A stretch of 61,787 nucleotides of DNA from a virus (IMGVR_UViG_3300042305_001048:1-61787); one strand, 5' to 3'; shown: positions 45,178-55,440, numbered from the stretch's first letter. Notes: generated from the sequence alone by a model not told the origin. Numbers and translations: made by a program.

Positions 45178-45787
45178 CACGCGCGCCTGTACGAAGTGCC
45201 TGAAGCACTATCCGCTGACGAAGGAATACTGGCACCGCTCCAAGGACGGTTGGCACTCCAAGTGCCGGGTGTGCCGCAATGCCGGCGAGAAGCGGGGCCG
45301 GGACAAGATTCGCCACAAGAAGCTCGGCGAGATTGAGAAAGGTGCCGTAGACCTCTTCATTGCCTCCGCCCGAATTGGCGGATCGCACATCCCGCACTCG
45401 TCAGAGCTGCTGGAAACGATGATGAAGTATTTCGGCGGCGTGGAGGGATTCTCCCGGGCGTTCATCAAACAGTTCTTTGACGCCCCGGCAGGCGGCGCGT
45501 TTCGCACCAAGCAGTTGGACAGCATCCTGCGGCTGGTGGTGAGCAACACCGCCATGGGTGGATCGAAGAAACCCCTAGACCTGATGACCGAAGAAGAGCT
45601 GGAGGCTCAGTACCGGCGGGACGTTCTCGCCGCGGCCCTGGCCTACCAAGGACAGAAGATCGCATTGGAGCAAAAAAATGCGTTGCCAGAAGTGCCGGTG
45701 GTTCATCCAGAACCAGAACATGCCGGATCGGGGGGAGTGCCGTCGCTACCCGCCGCAGATGGGCGAGATGCAGAAGGACAAGGATGA
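45170..45787 (+). CDS. Probable terminase small subunit with N-terminal zinc finger
   Basis: CTKC...CRVC; helical core; LDLMTEEELE; precedes TerL. Confidence 0.5.
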   Translation: MADTRACTKCLKHYPLTKEYWHRSKDGWHSKCRVCRNAGEKRGRDKIRHKKLGEIEKGAVDLFIASARIGGSHIPHSSELLETMMKYFGGVEGFSRAFIKQFFDAPAGGAFRTKQLDSILRLVVSNTAMGGSKKPLDLMTEEELEAQYRRDVLAAALAYQGQKIALEQKNALPEVPVVHPEPEHAGSGGVPSLPAADGRDAEGQG

Positions 45788-45911
45788 CAAGTATCTCGCC
45801 GGCTATCGGTTCCCCATGGTGTTCACCACCTGGAACTGCGGCGAGTGGACCGAGATGACCGCGAAGCAGAAGAATGCGCAAGCATCCGAAGATCGAAGTA
45901 CCGACGCCTGA
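45678..45911 (+). CDS. Small 4-Cys protein
   Basis: CQKCRWF...GECRRYPP...FP...CGEW; GGAG RBS. Confidence 0.55.
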   Translation: MRCQKCRWFIQNQNMPDRGECRRYPPQMGEMQKDKDDKYLAGYRFPMVFTTWNCGEWTEMTAKQKNAQASEDRSTDA

Positions 45912-47562
45912 GCCAGACATTCCGCTGGGGCCGTCGCAGCATGCCGTTGAGCAGTTGCGAGCGGTGCAGGCTGAGCTGGCAGAACGACGCCTAGAGTCCC
46001 TGCGCCTCTATCGGCCGATGCCATTGCAAGAGGAGTTCCACCAGTCGCTAGTCTCAGAGCGCATCGTCCTTGGCGGAAATCGCGGCGGCAAATCCCTCGC
46101 CACGTTCGTAGAGGACGCTCGCGCGGCCACCGGGTGCGACCCGTACGAGAAGTACCCGAAGACAGACGGCAACTTGGTAATCGTCGGCAGGAACTGGCCC
46201 CACATCGGGCTGGTGGCGTATCCGATGCTCTTCCGGGCGGGATCGTTTCGGATCATCCGGGACGAGGCGACCAATGAGTGGCGGTCCTTTGACCCGACCA
46301 AGGACGGCGCTAGGCGGAAGGACGCCAAGCCCGCGCCGCCTCTGATCCCACCGCGGTTCGTCAAAGAGGTGTCCTGGGTATTGAAGAGCGCTCAGTACTG
46401 CCAGAAGGTGACGCTGGTCAACGGCTGGGTCATTAACTTCTTCTCGTCCGAGGGTGACCCGCCGCAGGGATTCCAGGCCGACTTAGTACACATTGACGAG
46501 GATATTAACAATGAGCGATGGGTGGGGGAGATGCAGGCCCGCCTCGCGGATCGCAAAGGCCGGTTTGTATGGTCCGCCATGCCGCACTCAAAGAACGACG
46601 CCCTGCTTGGGCTGTGCGAGCGAGCCGAGAAGGAAGTGGAGTCCGGGAACGAGAACCCGATCATCCGCAAGTTCACGCTCAGGTTTCTGGACAACGCGCA
46701 CATCGATGAGGAGGAGAAGCGGAAGAACATAGAGCGGTGGGCCGCTCTTGGCATGGACGAGCTGAAGATGCGTGCGGAGGGTGAGTTCACCACCGAATCC
46801 ACGCTCATGTACCCCACCTTCAACTCGTCGGTTCACATCCACCCCCGGTCGGAACTCCCGGGCGGGCAGGTGCCCCCCGACTGGACGCGCTACGTCGCCA
46901 TCGACCCGGGGCATGCTGTCATGGCCTGCGTGTTCGGCGCAGTACCACCTGACGAGCGGTTCCTTTTGTTGTATGATGAGCTGTACATCCGGCAGTGTAA
47001 CGCGCTGATATTTGGCGAGCAGTTCGCGGACAAGGTGCGGGAGCAGCACTTCTACAACTTCATCATGGACATGCACGGAGGCATGCTGCGCGACTTGGGT
47101 TCAGGTCGCCTGCCGCATGAGCTATACAGCGAGGAGCTGAAGAAGCGCGGCATCCGCTCGCAGGTCAGCACACACTCGTTCACGCCTGGGTCTGACGACA
47201 TCCCGGCCCGCACGTCCATCGTCCGGCAGATGCTGCACATCCGTGGGGACGGGACAACGAAGCTGAAGGTTCTGGAGGGCGGGTGCCCAAATCTTGTGAG
47301 GGAGATGCGGCGGTATCGAAAGAAGACCCAGACCATAAACGGTCAGGTCTTCGTCACCGACGAGCCGCAGACGCGGGGGGACGTTCACGCCGTGCAGTGT
47401 ATGGAGTACCTGTGCGCGTACGAGCCGAAGTACCACCAACCACCCAAGAGCTTTGGCCCTGAGCCTTGGTGGGTGAAGTGGCTCGCAGACAAGCCTCGTC
47501 GGCTTGGGCTGCAAGACGAGTCCTGCGTTGTCCTTGGGCCGATGGGATACCAGAAGCGATGA
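45874..47562 (+). CDS. terL: Terminase large subunit
   Basis: GGNRGGKS Walker A, VHIDE Walker B, YVAIDPG nuclease motif. Confidence 0.9.
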   Translation: MRKHPKIEVPTPEPDIPLGPSQHAVEQLRAVQAELAERRLESLRLYRPMPLQEEFHQSLVSERIVLGGNRGGKSLATFVEDARAATGCDPYEKYPKTDGNLVIVGRNWPHIGLVAYPMLFRAGSFRIIRDEATNEWRSFDPTKDGARRKDAKPAPPLIPPRFVKEVSWVLKSAQYCQKVTLVNGWVINFFSSEGDPPQGFQADLVHIDEDINNERWVGEMQARLADRKGRFVWSAMPHSKNDALLGLCERAEKEVESGNENPIIRKFTLRFLDNAHIDEEEKRKNIERWAALGMDELKMRAEGEFTTESTLMYPTFNSSVHIHPRSELPGGQVPPDWTRYVAIDPGHAVMACVFGAVPPDERFLLLYDELYIRQCNALIFGEQFADKVREQHFYNFIMDMHGGMLRDLGSGRLPHELYSEELKKRGIRSQVSTHSFTPGSDDIPARTSIVRQMLHIRGDGTTKLKVLEGGCPNLVREMRRYRKKTQTINGQVFVTDEPQTRGDVHAVQCMEYLCAYEPKYHQPPKSFGPEPWWVKWLADKPRRLGLQDESCVVLGPMGYQKR

Positions 47563-47885
47563 GTGAAGCCTACCAGATGCCGTCCGCGGAACTTGGCGAG
47601 TTCGTCCTGTACTACCGACATGAGGGCGCCGCCCCGGTCCCGGCCTTGGTGACCGGCGTGTCCCAGCGTGTCCTGACCCTCTGGGCCGTGGCCCCGGGCT
47701 ACGGCGGCACGGAGAAGCCCAGCGTCCACCACCTGACCGACCCGGGCGTTGAGGAGTTCCCGGCGTGGAAGGAGTACGGCTACTGGGATCACAAGCCGGC
47801 CAACCCCAAGCTCGCCATCCTCTCCGAGAAAGTCTCGCTTTTGGAGCGGAAACTGGCCGAATTGGAGGGCAGGAAGGGCAAGTGA
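47559..47885 (+). CDS. Hypothetical protein with C-terminal coiled coil
   Basis: ATGA overlap with terL. Confidence 0.6.
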   Translation: MSEAYQMPSAELGEFVLYYRHEGAAPVPALVTGVSQRVLTLWAVAPGYGGTEKPSVHHLTDPGVEEFPAWKEYGYWDHKPANPKLAILSEKVSLLERKLAELEGRKGK

Positions 47886-47900
47886 GGCACTAGTACATAG
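47885..47900 (+). promoter_or_regulatory. Putative late promoter AGGCACT-N5-ATAG
   Basis: Intergenic copy before the portal gene. Confidence 0.55.
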
Positions 47901-47909
47901 GAGTACCAG

Positions 47910-49892
47910 ATGCCCCAAGACAGCCCCCTTCTGCCCATCGTCACCCGGTGGCTGAACTGCATCAAGCAGGCGCAGACCCACAAGCGCCCCTTCGCCGCTG
48001 ACGCGGACGAGGCGATGCAGTTCTTTGCCGGCGACCCGGACTTCATGTGGCGTGACAAGTACGCCCGCGGAGAGCGGGGCTACAACAAGGGCATGAACCC
48101 GCCTGCGTTCCGCATGCAGGTCAACCGGGTCTGGGAAGCCGTTCGTCTCTTCGCCGCGGTCATCCACCACCGCAACCCTGCTCGGACTGTCTCGCCCAAG
48201 GACTATCCGATCATTGGCCCGGAGCTGCTCGGCATTCAGCCTCAGCCTCCGGTGCCGATGATGGGGCCGAACGGGCCGATCATGGGGCCGGACGGCCAGC
48301 CAGTGATGGCTCCCGATCCCGGCATCCAGATGTACCAGCAGGGCATGCAGCAGCAGCAGATGATGATGGAGCGCCGCAAGGTCGTCTCCCAGCTCTTGGA
48401 GGACTACCTCAACTACACGCCCAACGAGCTGGACCTGAAGCGTCACTCTCGCAAGGTGGTGGAAGAGGCGTTCATCAAGGGCGGCGGCGTGTGGTGGCAT
48501 GAGCTGTACACGCCGCCGGGGTCGACCGTGAAGATGGCCGGCAGCTTCTACGACACCATCGACAATATCGTCTGGGACCCGGATGCCGACGAGTTTGAAG
48601 ACATCCGCTGGGCGGCCCGGAGGCGGACGCAGCCCATCGATGAGGTAGCCGCCAAGTTCGGCCTGGACCGGGAAGACCTGAAGGGTCACATGCAGAGCTA
48701 CGAGTCTCGCACCGAAGCGGGCGAGCGTGGCTACGAGTACCGGAAGAAGATGGGGCAGACCAACGACCTCGTCGTCTACTGGGAAATCTATTCCAAGACC
48801 GGCTTCGGTGATCGGCTCAAGGACGCCAAGGAAGACCTCCGCGGCAAGTTCGATGCCTGCGGGCCGAACTGCTACATCGCCATCGCAGAGGGAATTGAGT
48901 ACCCGCTCAACGTCCCGCCGGCCATGCTGCAGGAGGAAGTGGACGAGACGGGTGTGCCGCAGAACCTATTCATGGCCGTGCAGTGGCCGATCCCGTTTTG
49001 GGCTGAGCCGAACAGCGGATGGCCTTTTACGCTCTTGGCATGGCACGGGAAGCCCGGCTACTCATGGCCTATCTCAATCATCCGGCCCGGTATCGGAGAA
49101 TTGAGATTCATCAACTGGGCGATGTCGTTCTTGGCGACTCGCATTGCCACTGCGTCCCAGACGCTGATCGGCGTGGCGAAGGCCGCGGACCCAGACCTGA
49201 AGTCGAAGATTCTGGAGAAGGACGAGGGCGGCCTGAAGATCATTGAGATCAGCGAGGCCATCGGCCGGTCGGTGAACGATGTCATCTCTGTCTTCCAGAT
49301 GCCGGGCGTAACGTCCGACATGTACCAGATCATTGCCGAGGTCACGCAGCTTTTCGACCGCCGCGTCGGCTTGACCGAACTCATCTACGGCATGACCCGC
49401 AGTTCCATGAGAAGTGCGGCAGAGGCGCAGGTGAAGTCGGATCAGATTTCGATCCGGCCGGACGACTATGCAAACATCCTGGAGGACGCTCTCTCTGAGG
49501 TCGCTCGCAAGGAAGCGCTCTGCGCCCGTTGGCTTGTGTCGCCGCAGGATGTCGTTCCGCTCCTTGGCCCCATGGCCGCCAGGGCGTGGGAGCTGCACGT
49601 TCAGGCCGAGAACCCGGAGGCCATCGCCCGCGAGTACTCGTACCGCGTGGAGGCCGGATCAGCCCGCAAGCCGAACCTCGCCACCAAGTCCGAGAACCTC
49701 AACGCGCTCATGCAGATCACCATGCCTGTGGCGCAGGGCCTGCTGCAGGCCGGGAGGCCGGAGCTGTTCAATCAGCTTCTGCGTGCGTGGGGGACAGTTA
49801 ACCAGATGGACGTGGCGGACTACATGGTTCCGCCTCCTCCGCCTCCTCCCCCAGGCCCGCCACCCGGCCCACCCCCAGGACCACCTCAATGA
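47910..49892 (+). CDS. Portal protein (P22/T7-like)
   Basis: 660 aa after terL; IVWDPDA, RSAAEAQ, YRVEAGS; Pro-rich tail. Confidence 0.8.
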   Translation: MPQDSPLLPIVTRWLNCIKQAQTHKRPFAADADEAMQFFAGDPDFMWRDKYARGERGYNKGMNPPAFRMQVNRVWEAVRLFAAVIHHRNPARTVSPKDYPIIGPELLGIQPQPPVPMMGPNGPIMGPDGQPVMAPDPGIQMYQQGMQQQQMMMERRKVVSQLLEDYLNYTPNELDLKRHSRKVVEEAFIKGGGVWWHELYTPPGSTVKMAGSFYDTIDNIVWDPDADEFEDIRWAARRRTQPIDEVAAKFGLDREDLKGHMQSYESRTEAGERGYEYRKKMGQTNDLVVYWEIYSKTGFGDRLKDAKEDLRGKFDACGPNCYIAIAEGIEYPLNVPPAMLQEEVDETGVPQNLFMAVQWPIPFWAEPNSGWPFTLLAWHGKPGYSWPISIIRPGIGELRFINWAMSFLATRIATASQTLIGVAKAADPDLKSKILEKDEGGLKIIEISEAIGRSVNDVISVFQMPGVTSDMYQIIAEVTQLFDRRVGLTELIYGMTRSSMRSAAEAQVKSDQISIRPDDYANILEDALSEVARKEALCARWLVSPQDVVPLLGPMAARAWELHVQAENPEAIAREYSYRVEAGSARKPNLATKSENLNALMQITMPVAQGLLQAGRPELFNQLLRAWGTVNQMDVADYMVPPPPPPPPGPPPGPPPGPPQ

Positions 49893-50422
49893 CCATCCCC
49901 TACGAAGTCCGACAGGCAGGCGACGAAGCTATTGCCACCTACAAGCGTTCCTTGGCCTCTGGCGCCACGGAGCAGTTCGCCATTATGTGCGCCCTCCAGT
50001 GCCCTCCCGGCACCAGGGGGTCGGACCGGGCATTCATGGAGGGGCGATACAACAACCAGCAGTTGGACGCGATGCCAGAACGTCAGGCCAAGTACGTAGC
50101 AGCCGAGGCAAAGGCCGCCGGCATCAACATCTCTGGCAAGTACTACGTCGGCGGCCTTGCGGACAACCGTGGCTGGCGTGACCCCGAAGCGTGGGTGTCC
50201 GGCAACGACGAGGTGCTGAAGGTCGCCCAGAAGCGCCGCCGTGCCGTCAGTGGAAGCGTGAACTACGACCCAGGCCCTGCTCCCCCGCAGCGCAAGCTCA
50301 TCAACGAGAAGATCGTTCGCGAAGAAGTCGCCCGTGCCAAGCGTGCCAACCCGCGCGCCAAGGTCGGGGAGCTTCGCGAGCAGATCATCGCCAAGCATGC
50401 CTACCGCGCGAAGGGGAGGTAG
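49889..50422 (+). CDS. Hypothetical protein downstream of the portal
   Basis: ATGA overlap. Confidence 0.6.
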   Translation: MTIPYEVRQAGDEAIATYKRSLASGATEQFAIMCALQCPPGTRGSDRAFMEGRYNNQQLDAMPERQAKYVAAEAKAAGINISGKYYVGGLADNRGWRDPEAWVSGNDEVLKVAQKRRRAVSGSVNYDPGPAPPQRKLINEKIVREEVARAKRANPRAKVGELREQIIAKHAYRAKGR

Positions 50423-50719
50423 ATGGCCGAACGGATACAAATCCGCAGAGGGTCCAGCAACGAGTGGCAGACGAAGAACCCGATACTTCTCCCGGGCGAA
50501 CTGGGCTGGGACACAACGAACAACGGCCTGAAGGCCGGCGACGGCGTGACCCGCTGGAACTCGCTTGCCTACCTGCTGCAGACCATGAGCGTCCAGCTCG
50601 CTCAAGCAACGGACATTGAGTTCACCACACTCGCCACTGGGGATGTGCTGCGGTACTACAACGGCAAGTGGCGCAATCACAACGAGACGAACTTGGTAGA
50701 CGGGGGAAACTATGGCTAA
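50423..50719 (+). CDS. Fibre protein consisting mainly of an Mtd-N / hyaluronidase-N-like domain
   Basis: IQIRRG...W...NPIL..GELG.DT...KAGDG...WNSL.Y. Confidence 0.75.
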   Translation: MAERIQIRRGSSNEWQTKNPILLPGELGWDTTNNGLKAGDGVTRWNSLAYLLQTMSVQLAQATDIEFTTLATGDVLRYYNGKWRNHNETNLVDGGNYG

Positions 50720-51824
50720 CGTAATCAGGCTGAAGCGCTCCACGGGGTCATCGGCCCCAAGCTCGCTGGCGAACGCAGAGCCTGCCTATTGCGAAGGCAA
50801 TGGCATCCTCTATATCGGCGTGGGCACCGGCGGGGCTGGCGGATCGGCCACAACCATCCAGGCGGTCGCAGGCCCGGGGTACGTTGTCACGCTGGCCGGT
50901 GGTACGACGCAGACCATCAGCCGCAACACCACGTTCTCTGGCACGGTGATCCTTGGGTCGTCTGCTACCGCAACCACTCCGGCGACCAACGACGACAGCA
51001 CGGCCGTCGCCACCACGGCGTGGGTGAAGGCGCAGAACTACGGGTCGGGCGGCGGCAGCGGCAGCGTCACCAGCGTTGCCTTGGCTCTGCCCAACATCTT
51101 CACAGTGAGCGGGTCGCCGGTCACCACTAGCGGAACACTCACGGGCACGCTCGCCACGCAGAATGCCAACAAGGTGCTTGCCGGCCCGACAACGGGCGCA
51201 GACGCCACCCCAGCCTTTCGTACTCTTGTAGCCGGCGACATCCCCGACATCTCGGCCACGTATCTGACGACCTCGTCAGCGTCGTCCACGTATCTGGCCC
51301 TGACAGGCGGAACGATTTCGTCAAACCTGACGATTTCCGGCAACCTGACGGTCAACGGGACGACAACGACGATCAACAGTACGGCCGTCAGCGTCGATGA
51401 CATCAACATCATCTTGGGCGACACGGCCTCGCCCAGCGATGCGACCGCAGATGGCGGTGGGATCACGCTCAAGGGGACGACCGACAAGACGCTGAACTGG
51501 GTGGACTCAACCGACGCCTGGACGAGCAGCGAACACTTCGACCTCGCGTCCGGTAAGGCGTACTACATCGGCGGCACCAGCGTCCTGTCTGGCAGCACTC
51601 TCGGGTCAGGTGTCACGGCATCCAGCCTCACCTCCGTGGGAACTCTGACCAGCGGCTCGCTTGGGACTGGGTTCACCACAGTGGCCGTGTCTCAGGGCGG
51701 CACCGGGGCCACCACGCTCACAGGCATCCTGAAGGGCAATGGCACCAGCGCGTTCACCGCTGCGACGGCGGGCACCGACTACCTGTCCCCCAGCTCCGAC
51801 ATTGACGGCGGCACCTACCCGTAA
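50712..51824 (+). CDS. Tail fibre protein
   Basis: IRLKRS, ATTAWV, GNLTVNGTTTTINST, GGTGATT, IDGGTY. Confidence 0.75.
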   Translation: MANVIRLKRSTGSSAPSSLANAEPAYCEGNGILYIGVGTGGAGGSATTIQAVAGPGYVVTLAGGTTQTISRNTTFSGTVILGSSATATTPATNDDSTAVATTAWVKAQNYGSGGGSGSVTSVALALPNIFTVSGSPVTTSGTLTGTLATQNANKVLAGPTTGADATPAFRTLVAGDIPDISATYLTTSSASSTYLALTGGTISSNLTISGNLTVNGTTTTINSTAVSVDDINIILGDTASPSDATADGGGITLKGTTDKTLNWVDSTDAWTSSEHFDLASGKAYYIGGTSVLSGSTLGSGVTASSLTSVGTLTSGSLGTGFTTVAVSQGGTGATTLTGILKGNGTSAFTAATAGTDYLSPSSDIDGGTYP

Positions 51825-53119
51825 TGCCTCGCACCAACAAGATCATCATTCGGAGCGGCACCGCTGCCCCTACGGCGAGCGACTTCGTCACAGGCGAGCC
51901 AGCCTGGGATCGGACGAACGGCAAGTTCTACGTAAAGAACACCGCCGGGACGATGGTGGAAATTGGTGCAGGCGGTGCCACGGAAATCTACGAGTACGCC
52001 ACCACCGCCTCCTTCCCTGCGCCGGGCAGCGCGGCTCGCATATATATTGCGACCGACACCTCGCGGGCGTACAGGTACGACACCACCAACAGCGTGTACG
52101 TAGAGCTAGGTGCCATTAGCGCCTACGACTCCCGCTTCGACCTACTCTTGCCTCCAGCCCCGTCCAGCGTCACGGCCACCGCCGGAAACGCTCAGGCCAC
52201 GGTGACATGGTCGGCCCCGACCGTGCTGTCGCAGACGCCAATCACGGACTATGTAGTCCAGTATTCCAGCAACAGCGGTAGCACCTGGACGACGTTTTCG
52301 GACGGCACTAGCACGGCGACGAGTGCGACGGTGACGGGGCTGTCGAACGGCACGGCTGTGACTTTCAGAGTTGCGGCCGTCAACGGGATCGGAGCCGGCA
52401 GCTACAGCTCTGCGTCGTCTGCCGTCACGCCAGTTGCTGGTGACCCGAATTTCTCGTCAGTGGCGCTGCTGCTGCATGCCGACGGCAGCGGGTCGACGTT
52501 CGTTGATTCCAGCGGCACGCCGAAAACCATCACGGCAGTTGGCGGCGCGACGCAATCCACGGCGCAGAGCAAGTTCGGCGGAAAGTCGGCCCTTTTCTCC
52601 GCCAGCGGCGACTACTTGTCGCTTGCCGATAATGATTCGCTGGAGCTGTCTAACAGCGACTTTGCCATTGAGTTTTTTCTGCTGACGACGACCTCAACGC
52701 AATACGCAACGCTTGCGAGCAGGGTGCCTGGATCGTTTGCGTCGGGAATGTGGTCGCTGTTTATCAACTACGCCAGCTCCACAGCCGGCGACATTACGCT
52801 CTTCGCCGGCGACATCAACGGCGGCGTTTCGCCCGTCTTGACCGGGGGCAGCGGGCTCCGTGACGGGGCGTGGCATCATGTCGCCCTGTCTCGCTCTGGC
52901 AGCGCGTGGAGCCTTTACGCGGACGGCACGCGCGTGGCAACAGCGACCAGCTCCGCGACAATCGCAAACATCAGCGGCGGCATACGGATCGGTGCCGACG
53001 AGTATTACGGACGCCAGTTCACGGGGAACATCGACGAGTTTCGGCTCACGCTTGGTTCCGCCCGCGGCTACACAGGGTCGACGATTACGGTCCCGACGGC
53101 CGCTTACCCGGATAGCTGA
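51824..53119 (+). CDS. Fibre protein with FN3 and LamG/ConA-like domains
   Basis: PITDYVVQYS...FRVAAVN; SKFGG.S...DFAIEF...WHHVALSR...IDEFR. Confidence 0.8.
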   Translation: MPRTNKIIIRSGTAAPTASDFVTGEPAWDRTNGKFYVKNTAGTMVEIGAGGATEIYEYATTASFPAPGSAARIYIATDTSRAYRYDTTNSVYVELGAISAYDSRFDLLLPPAPSSVTATAGNAQATVTWSAPTVLSQTPITDYVVQYSSNSGSTWTTFSDGTSTATSATVTGLSNGTAVTFRVAAVNGIGAGSYSSASSAVTPVAGDPNFSSVALLLHADGSGSTFVDSSGTPKTITAVGGATQSTAQSKFGGKSALFSASGDYLSLADNDSLELSNSDFAIEFFLLTTTSTQYATLASRVPGSFASGMWSLFINYASSTAGDITLFAGDINGGVSPVLTGGSGLRDGAWHHVALSRSGSAWSLYADGTRVATATSSATIANISGGIRIGADEYYGRQFTGNIDEFRLTLGSARGYTGSTITVPTAAYPDS

Positions 53120-53120
53120 C

Positions 53121-53354
53121 ATGCCACTCTCATTTCCATCCTCGCCGACTGTCGGCCAAACGTCGACCCAAAACGGCCGCCAATACACATGGTCGGGCTA
53201 TGCTTGGGAGCTGTCAGGCAACGTCGCGGGCCACGCATCCACGCACGGCGCGAGCGGATCGGACCCTGTGACAGTCGCCGTCTCGCAGATAAGCGACCTC
53301 GCGGACGGCGCGAACGCAGCCGCACGCATGTACCTCTGGCAGACCTTTAGGTAG
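53121..53354 (+). CDS. Small fibre-associated protein
   Basis: MPLSFPSSPTVGQ..YTWSGYAW; HASTH..GSD. Confidence 0.6.
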   Translation: MPLSFPSSPTVGQTSTQNGRQYTWSGYAWELSGNVAGHASTHGASGSDPVTVAVSQISDLADGANAAARMYLWQTFR

Positions 53355-53362
53355 GAGCAGTA

Positions 53363-53746
53363 ATGGCAACATCACCAGCATTCGCAGTAACTCCAAGAGT
53401 GGGAGCGGTCAGCATCGCCACCGCAGACTCGTCGTACACCGCCCCCAGCAACGTCGGCACTGTGCTCACGGGCGTGGCCGCCGGCACAAGGATCGCTGAG
53501 GTGGTGGTCAAATGTGCGGCCACAAGCGCGGCGGCGATTGTTCGGTTGTTCTTGTACGACGGCACCACATACTGGCTCTTCGATGAGGTGACGATTGCCG
53601 CAGCCACAGGATCGTCAACCGTGCAGCAGACGCGCGTGTCAGTCGTCTACAACAACCTGATTCTGCCGTCCGCGTCATGGTCACTGCGAGCGACGACAAG
53701 CGTGGCCCAGGCCACGCACGTCACGGCCCTTGGCGCTGATCTCTAA
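53363..53746 (+). CDS. Small beta-rich virion protein
   Basis: AGGAG RBS; fibre cluster. Confidence 0.6.
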   Translation: MATSPAFAVTPRVGAVSIATADSSYTAPSNVGTVLTGVAAGTRIAEVVVKCAATSAAAIVRLFLYDGTTYWLFDEVTIAAATGSSTVQQTRVSVVYNNLILPSASWSLRATTSVAQATHVTALGADL

Positions 53747-54939
53747 TGAACGCTGGCATCTTTGGCTCATCGGCAGCCGTGGCGATGCCGGCTGTAACAC
53801 CGCAGCCGTCGGACGGGCCGCGATCCAGTTCCGGCTTGCCCGATTGGAGGAGTTCTGCGGATCTGTCTCGCTACACTGCCGCCATCAGGTTCGGCATCGC
53901 GTCGTCCGTGAGAGTAGCAGATACGCTCTCGCTCGCTGGTGCGGCCAACTCATTTCCAGGGACGGTGGGAGCGTATCAAGGCGGCGTCACGCTGCCCGAC
54001 GGCAGTGTGTTCTGCCCGCCGCGAAACGCTACGCAGGCGAGAATATACAATCCACGGACGGATGCGGTATCGACAGCCGGACCAGCAAGCTCATTCCCGG
54101 GCTCTAACGCTTACGCCGGCTGCGTACTGATGCAGGATGGTCGCGTGTTTTGCGTCCCAAACATCGGCGCAACTCAGGCGCGAGTCTACGATCCACGCAC
54201 GGATACCGTCAGCCTCGTCGGTCCAGCAGGCTCGTTTCCTACGTCGCACAATAATGGCGTGCTCCTCCGAGACGGGCGCGTGTTTTGCTCGCCCGCGCCA
54301 GTCACTGGGTCTGCAACCTCGGTGGCGCGAGTCTACGATCCGCGTAATGACACAGTTTCCAGCTACGGCACGTTCTCCGCAGGCGCAAACGATTGGCAGG
54401 GTTGCGCGCTGATGCTTGACGGTCGCGTGTTTGTCTGCCCTCGCTCGGCAACGCAGGCGAGGATCTTTGACCCGACCAACAACACTGTCTACGCCGCCGG
54501 AAGCCCAAGCTCATTCCCGGGCTCTAACGCTTACGCCGGCTGCGTACTGATGGCTGATGGCAGGGTGCTATGCGTTCCACTCAACGCCACGCAGATACGA
54601 ATCTATGACCCATACGCAGACAGAGTGACGTTGGCTGGCCCTGCGACATTCCCCGCCAGCAATTCCTTCGCTTATGGCGTGCTGATGCCTGACGGTCGCA
54701 TACTGATGACGCCGTTCAACGCGACCTCGTTGCGAATCTATGATCCAGTCACGGACACGGTGACGCTGGCCGCAGGCACACTTCCAGGGGCAAACGCTGT
54801 GCTAGGTGCATCGCTTTTGATGGATGGTCGCATGATTATCTGCGCGTACAGCGGCACGCAGGCGCGGACCTACGGCAGGGCGGGCAGCACTTATAACCAA
54901 AACGTAATACTGAGCGGCTCCTTTTACAACAGGTCGTAG
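53746..54939 (+). CDS. Kelch/galactose-oxidase-like beta-propeller repeat protein
   Basis: About six GxxLxxDGRVFxxP...ARIYDP repeats. Confidence 0.75.
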   Translation: MNAGIFGSSAAVAMPAVTPQPSDGPRSSSGLPDWRSSADLSRYTAAIRFGIASSVRVADTLSLAGAANSFPGTVGAYQGGVTLPDGSVFCPPRNATQARIYNPRTDAVSTAGPASSFPGSNAYAGCVLMQDGRVFCVPNIGATQARVYDPRTDTVSLVGPAGSFPTSHNNGVLLRDGRVFCSPAPVTGSATSVARVYDPRNDTVSSYGTFSAGANDWQGCALMLDGRVFVCPRSATQARIFDPTNNTVYAAGSPSSFPGSNAYAGCVLMADGRVLCVPLNATQIRIYDPYADRVTLAGPATFPASNSFAYGVLMPDGRILMTPFNATSLRIYDPVTDTVTLAAGTLPGANAVLGASLLMDGRMIICAYSGTQARTYGRAGSTYNQNVILSGSFYNRS

Positions 54940-54940
54940 A

Positions 54941-55408
54941 ATGTATATCTGGTTTGCTGGCAGTGAAGGTGCAGTCGCCACAGTCATCTCTATCAGCGAG
55001 AGCGACTACATCCTCGCGGCCTACTCATCGGCGCAGGAGCAGCGCACCGGCGCTCCGACATCGCAATGGACGCTAATCGGGACGCCAAACTCCACCGACA
55101 TCCTGTCGGCCCTTGGCGACGGATGGACGAACGAGAGCGTCGATTTGCCTGTGGAGCGGTCAGTGCCTGCGAGCGTCACGGCCCGGCAGATTCGCCTCTG
55201 GCTGGTGCGGCACGGCGTGTCGCTCGCCCAGGTCGATGCCGCCATCGACGCGATCCAAGACGCGCAAACCCGCGAGGAGTGCAGGGTGGAGTGGGATTAC
55301 GCGCCCTACGTGGAGCGGTCGCACCCCATGCTGATCCCCCTGGCGGCGGCCCTGGGACTGAGCGAATCGCAGGTGGATGACGCTTTCCGGGAGGCTGCGG
55401 GCCTCTAA
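54941..55408 (+). CDS. Tail fibre assembly-like protein
   Basis: VTARQIRLWL...EWDYA...LGLS..QVD.AF. Confidence 0.6.
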   Translation: MYIWFAGSEGAVATVISISESDYILAAYSSAQEQRTGAPTSQWTLIGTPNSTDILSALGDGWTNESVDLPVERSVPASVTARQIRLWLVRHGVSLAQVDAAIDAIQDAQTREECRVEWDYAPYVERSHPMLIPLAAALGLSESQVDDAFREAAGL

Positions 55409-55410
55409 GG

Positions 55411-55426
55411 GGACACTTACCAGTAG
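55411..55426 (+). promoter_or_regulatory. Putative late promoter GGACACT-N5-GTAG
   Basis: Intergenic copy. Confidence 0.6.
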
Positions 55427-55440
55427 CCCCGGAGGTCCTC

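Noticed and set aside
47385-48689. Long minus-strand ORFs (also 6401-7672, 16503-17567, 37093-38118) and plus-strand 32804-33865
   Set aside because: Antisense shadows of well-supported genes, with no motifs of their own
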